This document shows positions 25,829-34,858 of a stretch of DNA of 64,000 nt, piece by piece. Position 1 is the stretch's first letter; each line of letters opens with the position of its first letter. The position numbers and the translations under genes are program-made. Source of the stretch: an uncultured Clostridia bacterium. GTDB lineage: Bacteria > Bacillota > Clostridia > Oscillospirales > Acutalibacteraceae. The notes beneath the pieces are model-generated. The model saw only the letters and a program-made list of their open reading frames with translations. It was not told where the DNA came from and did not search any database. The stretch lies in the NCBI GenBank assembly GCA_947369085.1, contig CANBJR010000001.1:28978-92977 (forward strand), given 5' to 3'.

Positions 25829-26776
25829 ATGAACTATAATGACTTACATGACGATGAACAGTTTTTTGACGATTATTTTAGTGATGATTATGAAGTCCCT
25901 CGTGATTCACGCAATAGGTCAAAGCAAAGAAAAAATGTTGACTACAATATAGATAAGTACGGTAGAAAAAGAAAAGGTCTTAAGTGGAAACTTAAATCAT
26001 TTTTGCACAGCAAAGAAGCAATAATAGCGTTAGCGGCAATTGTAATGCTGATTGTAATAATAGCAATGGTTTCCTCCTGTTCGGGCAGCGAGGGAAAAGC
26101 GCAGACTGCGTCAACTACTGCTGCAACTGTTGCCCCGACAACTCAGGTTACATCATATAAAATAGACAATGTTCCTGTTATTGAGCAGAGCAATCTAAAA
26201 GCCGCTTGTGAAACCTATGCGTGTACAATGCTGTTGCAGTACTACAAATTTGATATAGATGAAGTTGAGTTTGTGGACAATTATCTTGTAACAAGACCTG
26301 TATATTACGGAATTGACGGCAATCTTTACGGACCCGATATGAACAGTGCGTATGCGGGAGATGTTTATACAGGTTACGGAATAAACGCTCCGGGGATGGC
26401 AAAATGTATGAATAACTATATTAAAACTAAGGGCTCAAAGCTTGTCGCAGAGCCATTGTCCGGCGTGCCGCTTGAGGAGCTTTGCAAAAAGTATGTTTTA
26501 AACGATACTCCTGTTATGGTATGGGCAACAACCTTTATGGAAGAGCCGTATGTTCAGGCAACATGGATTGTAGATTATGTTGACGAAAATGCGGAGCACG
26601 AAGTCGGCGATACTGTAAGCTGGCAAATGCACGAGCATTGTCTGGTGCTTATAGGCTTTGACGAAAAAAATTATTATTTCTGCGACTCCGTTTCAGGCGA
26701 AGTTTCGGCATATGATAAAGTTGTAACAGAGAAAAGATATGAACAAATCGGCAAACAGGCAATAGTGCTGAAGTGA
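25829..26776 (+). CDS. Membrane-anchored C39-like cysteine peptidase
   Basis: Charged N-tail then TM; VPVIEQ..ACETYACTMLL (Cys), HEHCLVLIGFDE..YFCDS (His/Asp). Confidence 0.82.
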   Translation: MNYNDLHDDEQFFDDYFSDDYEVPRDSRNRSKQRKNVDYNIDKYGRKRKGLKWKLKSFLHSKEAIIALAAIVMLIVIIAMVSSCSGSEGKAQTASTTAATVAPTTQVTSYKIDNVPVIEQSNLKAACETYACTMLLQYYKFDIDEVEFVDNYLVTRPVYYGIDGNLYGPDMNSAYAGDVYTGYGINAPGMAKCMNNYIKTKGSKLVAEPLSGVPLEELCKKYVLNDTPVMVWATTFMEEPYVQATWIVDYVDENAEHEVGDTVSWQMHEHCLVLIGFDEKNYYFCDSVSGEVSAYDKVVTEKRYEQIGKQAIVLK

Positions 26777-26789
26777 ATAATGATACAAC

Positions 26790-26816
26790 AAAAGGCACCC
26801 CGAGGGGTGCTTTTTT
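26790..26816 (+). terminator. Intrinsic terminator
   Basis: AAAAGGCACCCC-GA-GGGGTGCTTTTTT. Confidence 0.8.
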
Positions 26817-26933
26817 GACTAATATTTGACTAATATTTTTACGAAAAAGTGCGGTTTTTTACGGCTATTTACGGTATTTTATCAAGCAAAAACCGCATCG
26901 AAAACACCGGAAATGACTTTCCAATGCGGTTTT

Positions 26934-26947
26934 TGGTGCGCCAACAG
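26934..26947 (-). repeat. Direct-repeat copy of the tRNA 3' end (att-core-like scar)
   Basis: TGGTGCGCCAACAG, identical to 27123-27136. Confidence 0.75.
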
Positions 26948-27088
26948 TAAGTTAAATATTAGGAAAAAATCTACCACGTTTGTTGTGGTGTGTGGGAAAG
27001 AAAAAGTATCATCTGCGCTCACCCCTAAAAACAGTCCACCGGACTGTTTTTTAACGGGGCGCTTCGAGTCCCTGTTGGCTTAATTTAT

Positions 27089-27123
27089 AAAACAAAAAGC
27101 ACCCATTGGGTGCTTTTTGTTTT
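27089..27123 (-). terminator. Terminator immediately after the tRNA CCA
   Basis: AAAACAAAAAGCACCC-ATT-GGGTGCTTTTTGTTTT. Confidence 0.8.
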
Positions 27124-27199
27124 GGTGCGCCAACAGGGACTCGAACCCCGGACCGACCGGTTATGAGCCGGTAGCTCTAACCAACTGAGCTATTGGCGC
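27123..27199 (-). tRNA. tRNA with CAU anticodon, most likely tRNA-Ile2 (lysidine-modified)
   Basis: GCGCCAAUAGCUCAGUUGGUUAGAGCUACCGGCUCAUAACCGGUCGGUCCGGGGUUCGAGUCCCUGUUGGCGCACCA: 77 nt cloverleaf, encoded CCA. It lacks the initiator GGG/CCC anticodon stem, and the CGGCUCAUAACCG arm resembles Firmicute Ile2. Confidence 0.93.
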
Positions 27200-27230
27200 A
27201 TATAAATGTAATATCATTTACGCAAAAGTT

Positions 27231-27259
27231 ATTATAACAGAGTTTGGTTGATTTGTCAA
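27231..27259 (-). promoter_or_regulatory. Consensus SigA promoter of the tRNA
   Basis: Minus strand TTGACA-17 bp-TATAAT with extended TG. Confidence 0.85.
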
Positions 27260-27437
27260 CTTTATTAACAATTAATTATTGCTCGAATTTTTCAAATATG
27301 TTATAATAACCTCATGAACCTTACGCCGTTACCAAAATCAAAGATTTTGACGGCATAGTGAACTTCGTTCCTGTAATTGTGCTTCGTACAATATTTATGT
27401 TAAAATAACCTCAAAATAAACTAAGGGTGGGATTTTT

Positions 27438-28724
27438 ATGGCTGTTATTAAACCGTTTAAAGGTATGCGCTATGACACGTCAAAGGCGGGCGAAATTTCA
27501 AAGCTTTGCTGTCCTCCTTATGACATCATCAGTGAAAAGCAACGCATTGATTATATCAATGAAAACGAATACAATATTATTCGCTTGGAACTTCCTAAAG
27601 ACGGCGAAAATCCGTATAGCAATGCTTCCGATATTTTAAATATGTGGCGTGAAAAGGGAATCCTTATTCACGAGGATAAACCAGCAATTTATATTTATGA
27701 AGAGGAGTTTAACGCTTACTCCGAGCGTAAAAGCATTAAGGGCATTATTGCGCGGGTAAAGCTTGAAGAGTTTTCAAAAGGAATTATTTTGCCCCACGAA
27801 TTCACTCTTTCAAAGGCAAAAGAGGACAGATTAAATCTTATGAAAGCGACAAACTGCAATTTTAGTCAGATTTATGCGCTGTATATGGAAGAAAATCACC
27901 TTACTCTCAAAACTATTGACGAGTACTCACAGTGCGCTTCTAATCTTGAATTTACCGATTCTGACGATGTTACCCACAGATTGTGGATTGTTACCGACGA
28001 AGAGATTATCAACAAGATTGTTGATGATTTTGCATATAGACGGCTCTATATCGCCGACGGCCATCACAGGTACGAAACTGCCCTCAATTACCGAAACTAT
28101 TGCCGAGAAAGCGGAATTTCCAAAGAGGGCGATCCGCAGGATTATCAGATGATTTACCTTGTCGATATGGATCATCCGGGTCTTGTTGTTTTTCCCACTC
28201 ACCGCCTTGTGCGTGATTTGCCGAATTTTGACAAGAATAAAATGCTTGAATTATGTGAAAAGTATTTTATTATAACTGCGGTCAGTGATAATGAAAATAT
28301 GGAAAGAGAACTTGCAAAATGCTACGACGAGGGCAAAAATGCCTTTGGCTTTTACTGTGGAAACGGAGAATGGTATTTGCTTGTCTTGAAAGATACTGAA
28401 GTTATGTCGCAGTTTTTGCCGAACCTCTGTACAGCCTCGCAAAGGCTTGACGTTTCGGTTCTGCACACGCTGATTCTTGAAAATATCTTTGGAATAGATA
28501 AGGAAAATATGGCTAATCAGGTTAATTTAACATATACAAAGTTTTTTGACGAGGCAGTTTCACTTGTCGACAGCGGAGAATTTCAGTGTTCCTTTGTGCT
28601 GAACCCAACAAGGGTCAGCGAAATACGCAACGTTGCCGCCGCAGGTGAGAAGATGCCTCAAAAGTCAACCTATTTTTACCCGAAGATGATTACGGGAATG
28701 GTTATGAACGACCTTGGAGTTTAA
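27438..28724 (+). CDS. DUF1015-family protein
   Basis: PPYDII, ILPHEFTL, YIADGHHRYETA, KMPQKSTYFYPK. Confidence 0.9.
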   Translation: MAVIKPFKGMRYDTSKAGEISKLCCPPYDIISEKQRIDYINENEYNIIRLELPKDGENPYSNASDILNMWREKGILIHEDKPAIYIYEEEFNAYSERKSIKGIIARVKLEEFSKGIILPHEFTLSKAKEDRLNLMKATNCNFSQIYALYMEENHLTLKTIDEYSQCASNLEFTDSDDVTHRLWIVTDEEIINKIVDDFAYRRLYIADGHHRYETALNYRNYCRESGISKEGDPQDYQMIYLVDMDHPGLVVFPTHRLVRDLPNFDKNKMLELCEKYFIITAVSDNENMERELAKCYDEGKNAFGFYCGNGEWYLLVLKDTEVMSQFLPNLCTASQRLDVSVLHTLILENIFGIDKENMANQVNLTYTKFFDEAVSLVDSGEFQCSFVLNPTRVSEIRNVAAAGEKMPQKSTYFYPKMITGMVMNDLGV

Positions 28725-28725
28725 T

Positions 28726-29193
28726 ATGAATAACTATGAAATGAGGAGAAAGGAACGTGCGGCAGATTTAAAAACTGCCGAGCAAATCCTCGAAAATGCA
28801 GAATACGGAGTTTTGTCAACGGTTGGAAGCGACAGATTTCCCTATGGAGTGCCGCTTAATTTTGCATATGACGGAGAAAAAATATACTTTCATTGCGCAA
28901 AGAATGCAGGTCACAAGCAGGCTAATCTTGATTATTCGGACAAGGTTTGTTTTACCGTTGTTGAAAATACACAGGTTATTGCAAAAGAGCTTACCACAAA
29001 GTACGCAAGCGCAGTAGTGTTCGGAACGGCTGAAAAGACGGAAATCAACAAACGTTATGCGCTTGAACTGCTTGCAAAGAAATACGCTCCCGAATTTCTC
29101 GATATTGGCGATTCGGAGATTAAAAAGTTTTATAACGTAACCGATATTTACGAAATTTCAATTTTAAAAATCAGTGCAAAGGTCAACAGGTAA
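28726..29193 (+). CDS. Pyridoxamine 5'-phosphate oxidase-like (NimA-type) flavin-binding protein
   Basis: MRRKER, YGVLST, PYGVPLNF, IYFHCA..GHK, VCFTVV. Confidence 0.85.
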   Translation: MNNYEMRRKERAADLKTAEQILENAEYGVLSTVGSDRFPYGVPLNFAYDGEKIYFHCAKNAGHKQANLDYSDKVCFTVVENTQVIAKELTTKYASAVVFGTAEKTEINKRYALELLAKKYAPEFLDIGDSEIKKFYNVTDIYEISILKISAKVNR

Positions 29194-29194
29194 T

Positions 29195-30166
29195 ATGAAA
29201 ATACTGACGGTATTTACGGGCGGTACTATCGGCTCAACAAAATCAAACGGAGTTATTTCTCCTGACTCTCAAAATTCTTATAAACTGCTTGAAATGTATT
29301 CAAGAACTGATAAAAAGGTTGAGTTTACGGCTATTCAGCCAATGAATATTTTGAGCGAGAATATGAACGGTAGGTTTCTTACTCAGCTTTATAAATGTAT
29401 CAACTCTTATGATTTGAGTAAGTTTGATGGTGTTATCGTTGCGCACGGAACAGATACACTTCAATATACATCGGCGTATCTTTCGTATGCTTTCGGACTT
29501 TGCAAAACTCCGATTGTCTTGGTTTCGGCTAACTTCCCCCTTGAGGACGAGCACTCAAACGGGTTTCAGAATTTTTGCGGAGCCGTTGAACTTATCAAAA
29601 GCAAAAAGGGCAGAGGGGTTTTTGTTTCATACGCAAATTGTGAATATTTTGCAGATATAAATCGTGGAACAAGGGTTTTGCACCACAGCGCATATTCGGA
29701 TGAAGTTTACAGCGTTCACGATATGGTTTTCGGCGAAGCAAATAGGGAAAGAAAATTTTGTGAAAATGAGATGTACAGCGAACAGGATGATAAAATTTCA
29801 ATGTCAGACTGCACTGAGCTTGACGAGGTTTCCGACGTGCTTTATGTAAAACCGTATGTTGGTATGACGTATCCGCCGATTATGCAGAGCACAAAGGCTA
29901 TTTTGCTTGAGGGATACCATTCGGGAACGCTCGACACGGGCGGAAGTGAATTGTCAAAATTTTGTGCCGAAGCAGAAAAATGCGGTGCGCCTATTTTTCT
30001 TACAGGTGCAGAAAAGGGCTTTTATTACGAAAGCAAGCAGATGTTTGAAAAACTGAAAATCAATGTTTTACCGCCCGCATCTCCGATTGCAATGTATATG
30101 AAACTTTGGATGCTTAAAAAAGACAGACTAAGTGATGTTTTTCTGCCCTGCGGCGGAGATTTTTAA
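29195..30166 (+). CDS. L-asparaginase family protein
   Basis: FTGGTIG and HGTDTL active-site motifs. Confidence 0.85.
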   Translation: MKILTVFTGGTIGSTKSNGVISPDSQNSYKLLEMYSRTDKKVEFTAIQPMNILSENMNGRFLTQLYKCINSYDLSKFDGVIVAHGTDTLQYTSAYLSYAFGLCKTPIVLVSANFPLEDEHSNGFQNFCGAVELIKSKKGRGVFVSYANCEYFADINRGTRVLHHSAYSDEVYSVHDMVFGEANRERKFCENEMYSEQDDKISMSDCTELDEVSDVLYVKPYVGMTYPPIMQSTKAILLEGYHSGTLDTGGSELSKFCAEAEKCGAPIFLTGAEKGFYYESKQMFEKLKINVLPPASPIAMYMKLWMLKKDRLSDVFLPCGGDF

Positions 30167-30180
30167 TAAGAATAAAGGTA

Positions 30181-30214
30181 AACACCCCCTGTACATACCG
30201 TACAGGGGGTGTTT
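30181..30214. terminator. Bidirectional intrinsic terminator
   Basis: AAACACCCCCTGTAC-ATACC-GTACAGGGGGTGTTT. Confidence 0.88.
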
Positions 30215-30275
30215 CAGAAGAGTAAATTTTATGAGTAAAATGAGTATTTTTATTTTTCTGCCTAATCTAATTAGT

Positions 30276-31025
30276 TTATTGATAATCGCATACGTTTACC
30301 CACGAGAGCAGGAACTCACGCTCTTCGGACTTGCCCTTAACAGACTGCGAAGCGGCTACTATTGGAAGCCACTCGTTTACATACTGACGAGCAGTATCTG
30401 TCTTTTCACAGAACAGCTTCATATATTTTTCAGCAACGTCATCCTGCTTGTTAAGACGGAACAAAAGATATGTTCTTGCAGCGTCAGCAGAGCCGTTGCC
30501 CTGAGTAGCGTGTGACCAGTCGAGAACGTAAGGCGTTCCGTCAGGTGTGATGATTACGTTGCTGGGATTGAAGTCGCCGTGGCAAACCTTTGTGTGCTTG
30601 GGCATACTGTTTAAACGGGTATGAAGCTCGTATCTTGTAGTTGCGTCAAGGTCAGTTTCGCTGATTTTTCTGTTCATCTTGTCCTGAAGCTTGTTGAGCA
30701 AAGGTGCTTTTTGGTTGAGAACCTTAATCTGAATATCAACAAAAAACTCAAGGTATTCATCAATTTTATCGGGATTTTCAGCCATCAGGGTTGCAAGGGT
30801 TTTGCCTTCTATATATGTTGAGATGATAGCCCATTTGCCGTCAATCTTGGTAACCTCTTCAATTTTTGGAATGTTGAGTCCTGTTTCTTCAACTCTCGCC
30901 TGATTCAGCGCCTCGTTAAGAATGTCCGACTTTGGAAAAGACTCGTCGAAAACCTTGGCTACAAGGTCACCGTCTCTGTAAATCTTTTTGTTTTTTCTTT
31001 CAGCAAGAATTGTGTCAAGTTTCAT
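30276..31025 (-). CDS. Aminoglycoside-phosphotransferase/choline-kinase-like protein
   Basis: CHGDFNPSNV (Brenner motif) and VLDWSHA. Confidence 0.85.
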   Translation of the reverse strand: MKLDTILAERKNKKIYRDGDLVAKVFDESFPKSDILNEALNQARVEETGLNIPKIEEVTKIDGKWAIISTYIEGKTLATLMAENPDKIDEYLEFFVDIQIKVLNQKAPLLNKLQDKMNRKISETDLDATTRYELHTRLNSMPKHTKVCHGDFNPSNVIITPDGTPYVLDWSHATQGNGSADAARTYLLFRLNKQDDVAEKYMKLFCEKTDTARQYVNEWLPIVAASQSVKGKSEEREFLLSWVNVCDYQ

Positions 31026-31350
31026 TTATGTTTCCCCTTTCGGTGGTGTTGTTTTATATAGCATATGAAATTTGCTATGGTTATATTATACAATAATAAA
31101 TTCGGTTAGTATAGTAGGAAAATTACAAAAAAATCAAGAAAATCTTTGTTCATTTAGATAATATAAATAAATAATTATTTACGTTTTATATAAAAGCTGA
31201 GGTTAATATTTGGTTATTTAGCATAAAAATCCTTTATTGTTTTATATAAATAACAACTGCGTTGCACGTTGTTGTTTGTGCAAGTTGACAAAGTTTTAAC
31301 GAATAAAAAAGAGGTACACAATTCGTTGTGCACCCCAAAATACCCTGTTA

Positions 31351-32046
31351 TTAATTTCTCATTAGATGAATTGCAGTTTCGGCTTTTTCAATTATTCTTA
31401 AATCATTGTCATAGTAACACATTTTTCGTGCCTGCTGTAAGTCAACCCAGATGTAGCTGTCAATTTCTTCCTCCTGAATTTTTACGTTGTCAGTAAAAGC
31501 CTGAGCAAGAAAGAAAATAACACGTTTTTTGATTTTACCAAACGGGCAGTATTCGCTGATTTCCCGAAAACCGTCAAACAGCGTAACGTCAAGCCCCGTT
31601 TCTTCCTTAATTTCACGTATAGCAGTCTGTTGTTCGTTTTCGCCCTCCTCAATGTGCCCTTTCGGAAAGCTCCAGTACCTGCCGTTGCTGTTTTTTACAA
31701 GCAGAATTTTCGTGTTTTGCTTTGTTTTATAGAAAATTATTGCACCGCATGACTTTTCGTAAAGACAATTTATACTTTTTAGCTTTATGTTTTTTAGTCG
31801 TGAAAGCAGTTTTCGCAGTTCGGGTTCATAAAAAATTTCTCCCGGCGGAGCAACAACAGCTCTTTCACCGTCGAGTCCGTCAAATTCGGCAACGGCTATG
31901 ACAACGCCGTCAAAGAATTCGGGAACTTTTCTTCGTGATACAACATATGCGCTTTTATTTTTTATTTTTGGTGAGCTGATATATGCCGAACGCAGGTTAC
32001 TGCTGATTTTTCCGAAAACACTGACTTTTACTCTTTCGGAAATCAT
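31351..32046 (-). CDS. NUDIX hydrolase (Ap4A hydrolase-like) with an extra N-terminal domain
   Basis: EKSCGAII, WSFPKGHIEEGE..TAIREIKEETGL Nudix box; about 95 aa N-terminal extension. Confidence 0.85.
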   Translation of the reverse strand: MISERVKVSVFGKISSNLRSAYISSPKIKNKSAYVVSRRKVPEFFDGVVIAVAEFDGLDGERAVVAPPGEIFYEPELRKLLSRLKNIKLKSINCLYEKSCGAIIFYKTKQNTKILLVKNSNGRYWSFPKGHIEEGENEQQTAIREIKEETGLDVTLFDGFREISEYCPFGKIKKRVIFFLAQAFTDNVKIQEEEIDSYIWVDLQQARKMCYYDNDLRIIEKAETAIHLMRN

Positions 32047-32103
32047 ACCGCCGCCTCCTTTCGTAAATTTAGTAGAAAATTCAAATTAGTTTAATTGAAA
32101 ATA

Positions 32104-33384
32104 TCAGTCAAACAGACCGCTCATACTGTCAAGCTGAATCTGAGTATTTGCACTCATAACTCCGTTAAGGAAAAGCACCTCGTCAATTCCGTTTTGCTGA
32201 CAGTAGGAAACAAGATTGCCGCTGAATGTGCGGAAATCAATAACATGTACTTCCTCATAATTATAGGTTAGATAGGGAACAAAGGCATTGCCGTAGCTTT
32301 CCTTTATTACTGCAATTTTTTTGCCTGTTTCAGCATTTTCAGATGCCGATTTAAGAACAGTAAGCGGATGGTCGCCCATTATGAATACACCGTAGGTAAG
32401 AGTGCCCGCCTCTGCATACTGGTAATACGGACTTGTGTAGGTGTTTAAATTTCCGCTTTCATCTGTTACGTCCATTGTTACCTCGTACGGAAACTCCCAG
32501 TAGTGAACCGTGTCGCTGTCAAGACCGCTTGCAGTGTTTGAAAACGTGCCGGTAAAGCCTTCAATCTTCTGTTCGGTGCAGTCGTCAAGCGATAGAACGG
32601 GCAGATTGTTTGTCTTTGCAAACGCAGAGTATGCATAATAAGCGCCAAGGCCTGTCCAGTGGTGGTCGGAACCGAAGTAGATGTATTCGTCATTGTGGTC
32701 GGCAAGATAGTTGTATGCGTTTACAGGCGTTACTTTGTCAGACAGTTTGGAATAGATACTTTTTATGTTTTCAGCCTGCGAGCTTGACGGGGCATCGCTG
32801 TCTTTAAGCCGCTGGGGAAGTCCCATTTCCGTGTGATTCGGTATTACCATATCGTAGACGGTAATTCCGTTTAGCTTGTCGGCAAAGCCGTTTATTGTTT
32901 CCGCATAAGTTGTTGCCTTTGTATCATCACTGCCGAAAAGCTCAAACCCTTGCTTGTCCCATACATATATGTTGTAGGCGGAATAACCTGCTGATTTGTC
33001 ATCTTTAATCTGCGGAGTTTTAAAGTAGGTGGGTGAAAGGTCATCCTGAATCTTGTTGTTAGCCTTTGGTGTGTCGGCTGTAGCAACGGGTTTTGTATCG
33101 GTTGAAACAGGAGCGTTTGTTTGCTTTGCGCCGAAACAGCTCTTAAAAACAGAAGAAATCATTACAACTAACAATATAATAATAAGTATTCCGCAGCTGA
33201 CAATTATAATTCTGTTGCGAGTGCGCTTTTTATTGTTTCTACGGCGTTTGTTAGTGTTATATGCAGGGCGTCCGTTGTATGAGCCCTGCCTGCGCTGCTG
33301 CTGACGGCGGCGGTAATCTCTGCTGTCGTAGCTATCATCAAAATTATCTAAATCAAAGTAATCATAATCGTTGCGGTTACTCAT
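32104..33384 (-). CDS. DHHW-family (AlgJ/AlgX-like SGNH) membrane-anchored protein
   Basis: YIYFGSDHHWTGLGAYYAY, IKESYGNAFVPYL, VHVIDFR; N-terminal TM anchor. Confidence 0.88.
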   Translation of the reverse strand: MSNRNDYDYFDLDNFDDSYDSRDYRRRQQQRRQGSYNGRPAYNTNKRRRNNKKRTRNRIIIVSCGILIIILLVVMISSVFKSCFGAKQTNAPVSTDTKPVATADTPKANNKIQDDLSPTYFKTPQIKDDKSAGYSAYNIYVWDKQGFELFGSDDTKATTYAETINGFADKLNGITVYDMVIPNHTEMGLPQRLKDSDAPSSSQAENIKSIYSKLSDKVTPVNAYNYLADHNDEYIYFGSDHHWTGLGAYYAYSAFAKTNNLPVLSLDDCTEQKIEGFTGTFSNTASGLDSDTVHYWEFPYEVTMDVTDESGNLNTYTSPYYQYAEAGTLTYGVFIMGDHPLTVLKSASENAETGKKIAVIKESYGNAFVPYLTYNYEEVHVIDFRTFSGNLVSYCQQNGIDEVLFLNGVMSANTQIQLDSMSGLFD

Positions 33385-33565
33385 AGTAAATCTCCCTATC
33401 CTTTGAATAAATATTCAAAAACAGAATAACGTAAAGGAATACAGATTAATTATACTACATTATAGCTTTAAAAACAATATGATTTTACATTTTTCCACAC
33501 AAAATAAGGATTTTGTAAAGATTTTAAGCTATAGCATTACGGTATTGCTTGAATATGCTTGCAAT

Positions 33566-33608
33566 TCGTGATAAAATTATAAAGTATCGTGATAAAATTA
33601 TAAAGTAT
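33566..33608. repeat. 21-bp perfect tandem duplication in a promoter
   Basis: TCGTGATAAAATTATAAAGTA twice. Confidence 0.9.
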
Positions 33609-33644
33609 ATAGCTTTGAATAACAGCAAGCAAAAGAGGGGTAAA

Positions 33645-34832
33645 ATGAAATACAGATTTTCCGACAGGGTTTCAAATTTGAAACCGAGTGCAATAAGAGA
33701 GATTTTTAAATATGCGTCCGACCCTGAGGTTGTTTCGCTTTCGGCAGGCAATCCGTCACCCGACGCTTTCCCTGCAAAGGAGATTGCGGAAATTTCAGCA
33801 GAGGTTCTGAAAAACGACCCTATTTCGGTTTTGCAGTACAGCATAAGCGAGGGCTATACTCCGCTCAGAAACACCATTAAGGAGTATATGAAAAAGGAGC
33901 ATAACACGGGAAGCAGTGATGACGATGTTTTAATTACAACGGGCGCACAGCAAATTATGGACTTATGCTCAAAGGCTCTTGTCAATGAGGGAGAGGTTGT
34001 AATTTGTGAGGCTCCTTCGTTTATCGGTTCGCTTAATACGTTTCGCAGTTACAATGCAAAGCTTGTAGGAGTTAATGTAGAGCCTGACGGAATGAGTGTT
34101 GAAGGTCTTGAAAATGCGCTCAAGGCTAATCCGAACGCAAGGCTTATTTACACAATCCCGAATTTTCAGAATCCATCAGGTGTTACGATGAGCTTTGAAA
34201 AAAGGAAAAAGATTTATGAGCTTGCAAAAAAATACGGTGTGCTTATTGTTGAGGATAACCCATACGGCGATTTACGCTACAGCGGAGAAGATGTTCCGAA
34301 TATCAAGTCGCTTGATACGGACGGAATTGTAATTTACGCAGGTTCATTTTCAAAGATAATCTCACCCGGAATGCGTGTTGCTTACTGCATTTGTCCCAAG
34401 CCGATTTTTCAAAAACTGGTTGTTTGTAAGCAGGGTAACGATGTTCATACAAATATCTGGTCGCAGTATGTCTGCAATGAGTTTATTACGAAATATAATT
34501 TTAACGCTCACCTTGCAAGACTTCGTGAGATTTACAACAAAAAAGCGGATTTTTGTATGAATTTACTTGACAAATACTGCTTACCTGCAATTACTTACCA
34601 CAGAATTGACGGCGGTTTGTTTATCTGGTGCAATTTGCCCGAAAGCATTGATATGCCGACATTCTGCAAGAAGTCGGTTGAAAACAAGGTGTGCGTAGTG
34701 CCGGGCAATGCTTTTCTGACTGATGAAAATGAAAAGTGCCAAAGCTTCAGAATTAATTTTTCAACGCCGACCGATGAACAGCTTGAAAAAGGAATTAAAA
34801 TTCTCGGCGAGCTTGCAAATAATTGGAAATAA
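33645..34832 (+). CDS. PLP-dependent aminotransferase, class I/II (LysN-like)
   Basis: SAIREIFK, SLSAGNP, YTIPNFQNPSG, EDNPYGDL, GSFSKIISPGMRV. Confidence 0.92.
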   Translation: MKYRFSDRVSNLKPSAIREIFKYASDPEVVSLSAGNPSPDAFPAKEIAEISAEVLKNDPISVLQYSISEGYTPLRNTIKEYMKKEHNTGSSDDDVLITTGAQQIMDLCSKALVNEGEVVICEAPSFIGSLNTFRSYNAKLVGVNVEPDGMSVEGLENALKANPNARLIYTIPNFQNPSGVTMSFEKRKKIYELAKKYGVLIVEDNPYGDLRYSGEDVPNIKSLDTDGIVIYAGSFSKIISPGMRVAYCICPKPIFQKLVVCKQGNDVHTNIWSQYVCNEFITKYNFNAHLARLREIYNKKADFCMNLLDKYCLPAITYHRIDGGLFIWCNLPESIDMPTFCKKSVENKVCVVPGNAFLTDENEKCQSFRINFSTPTDEQLEKGIKILGELANNWK

Positions 34833-34858
34833 GGATATTTTAATGGAGGAATTAACAT

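Noticed and set aside
26826-27083. 85-aa ORF beside the tRNA
   Set aside because: Runs through att-like repeats and hairpins, with a TTG start and no RBS; better explained as non-coding.
30276-31025. Possible aminoglycoside resistance gene
   Set aside because: Only the generic APH/choline-kinase fold motifs are present, in core-genome context with no mobility signs; resistance is unsupported.
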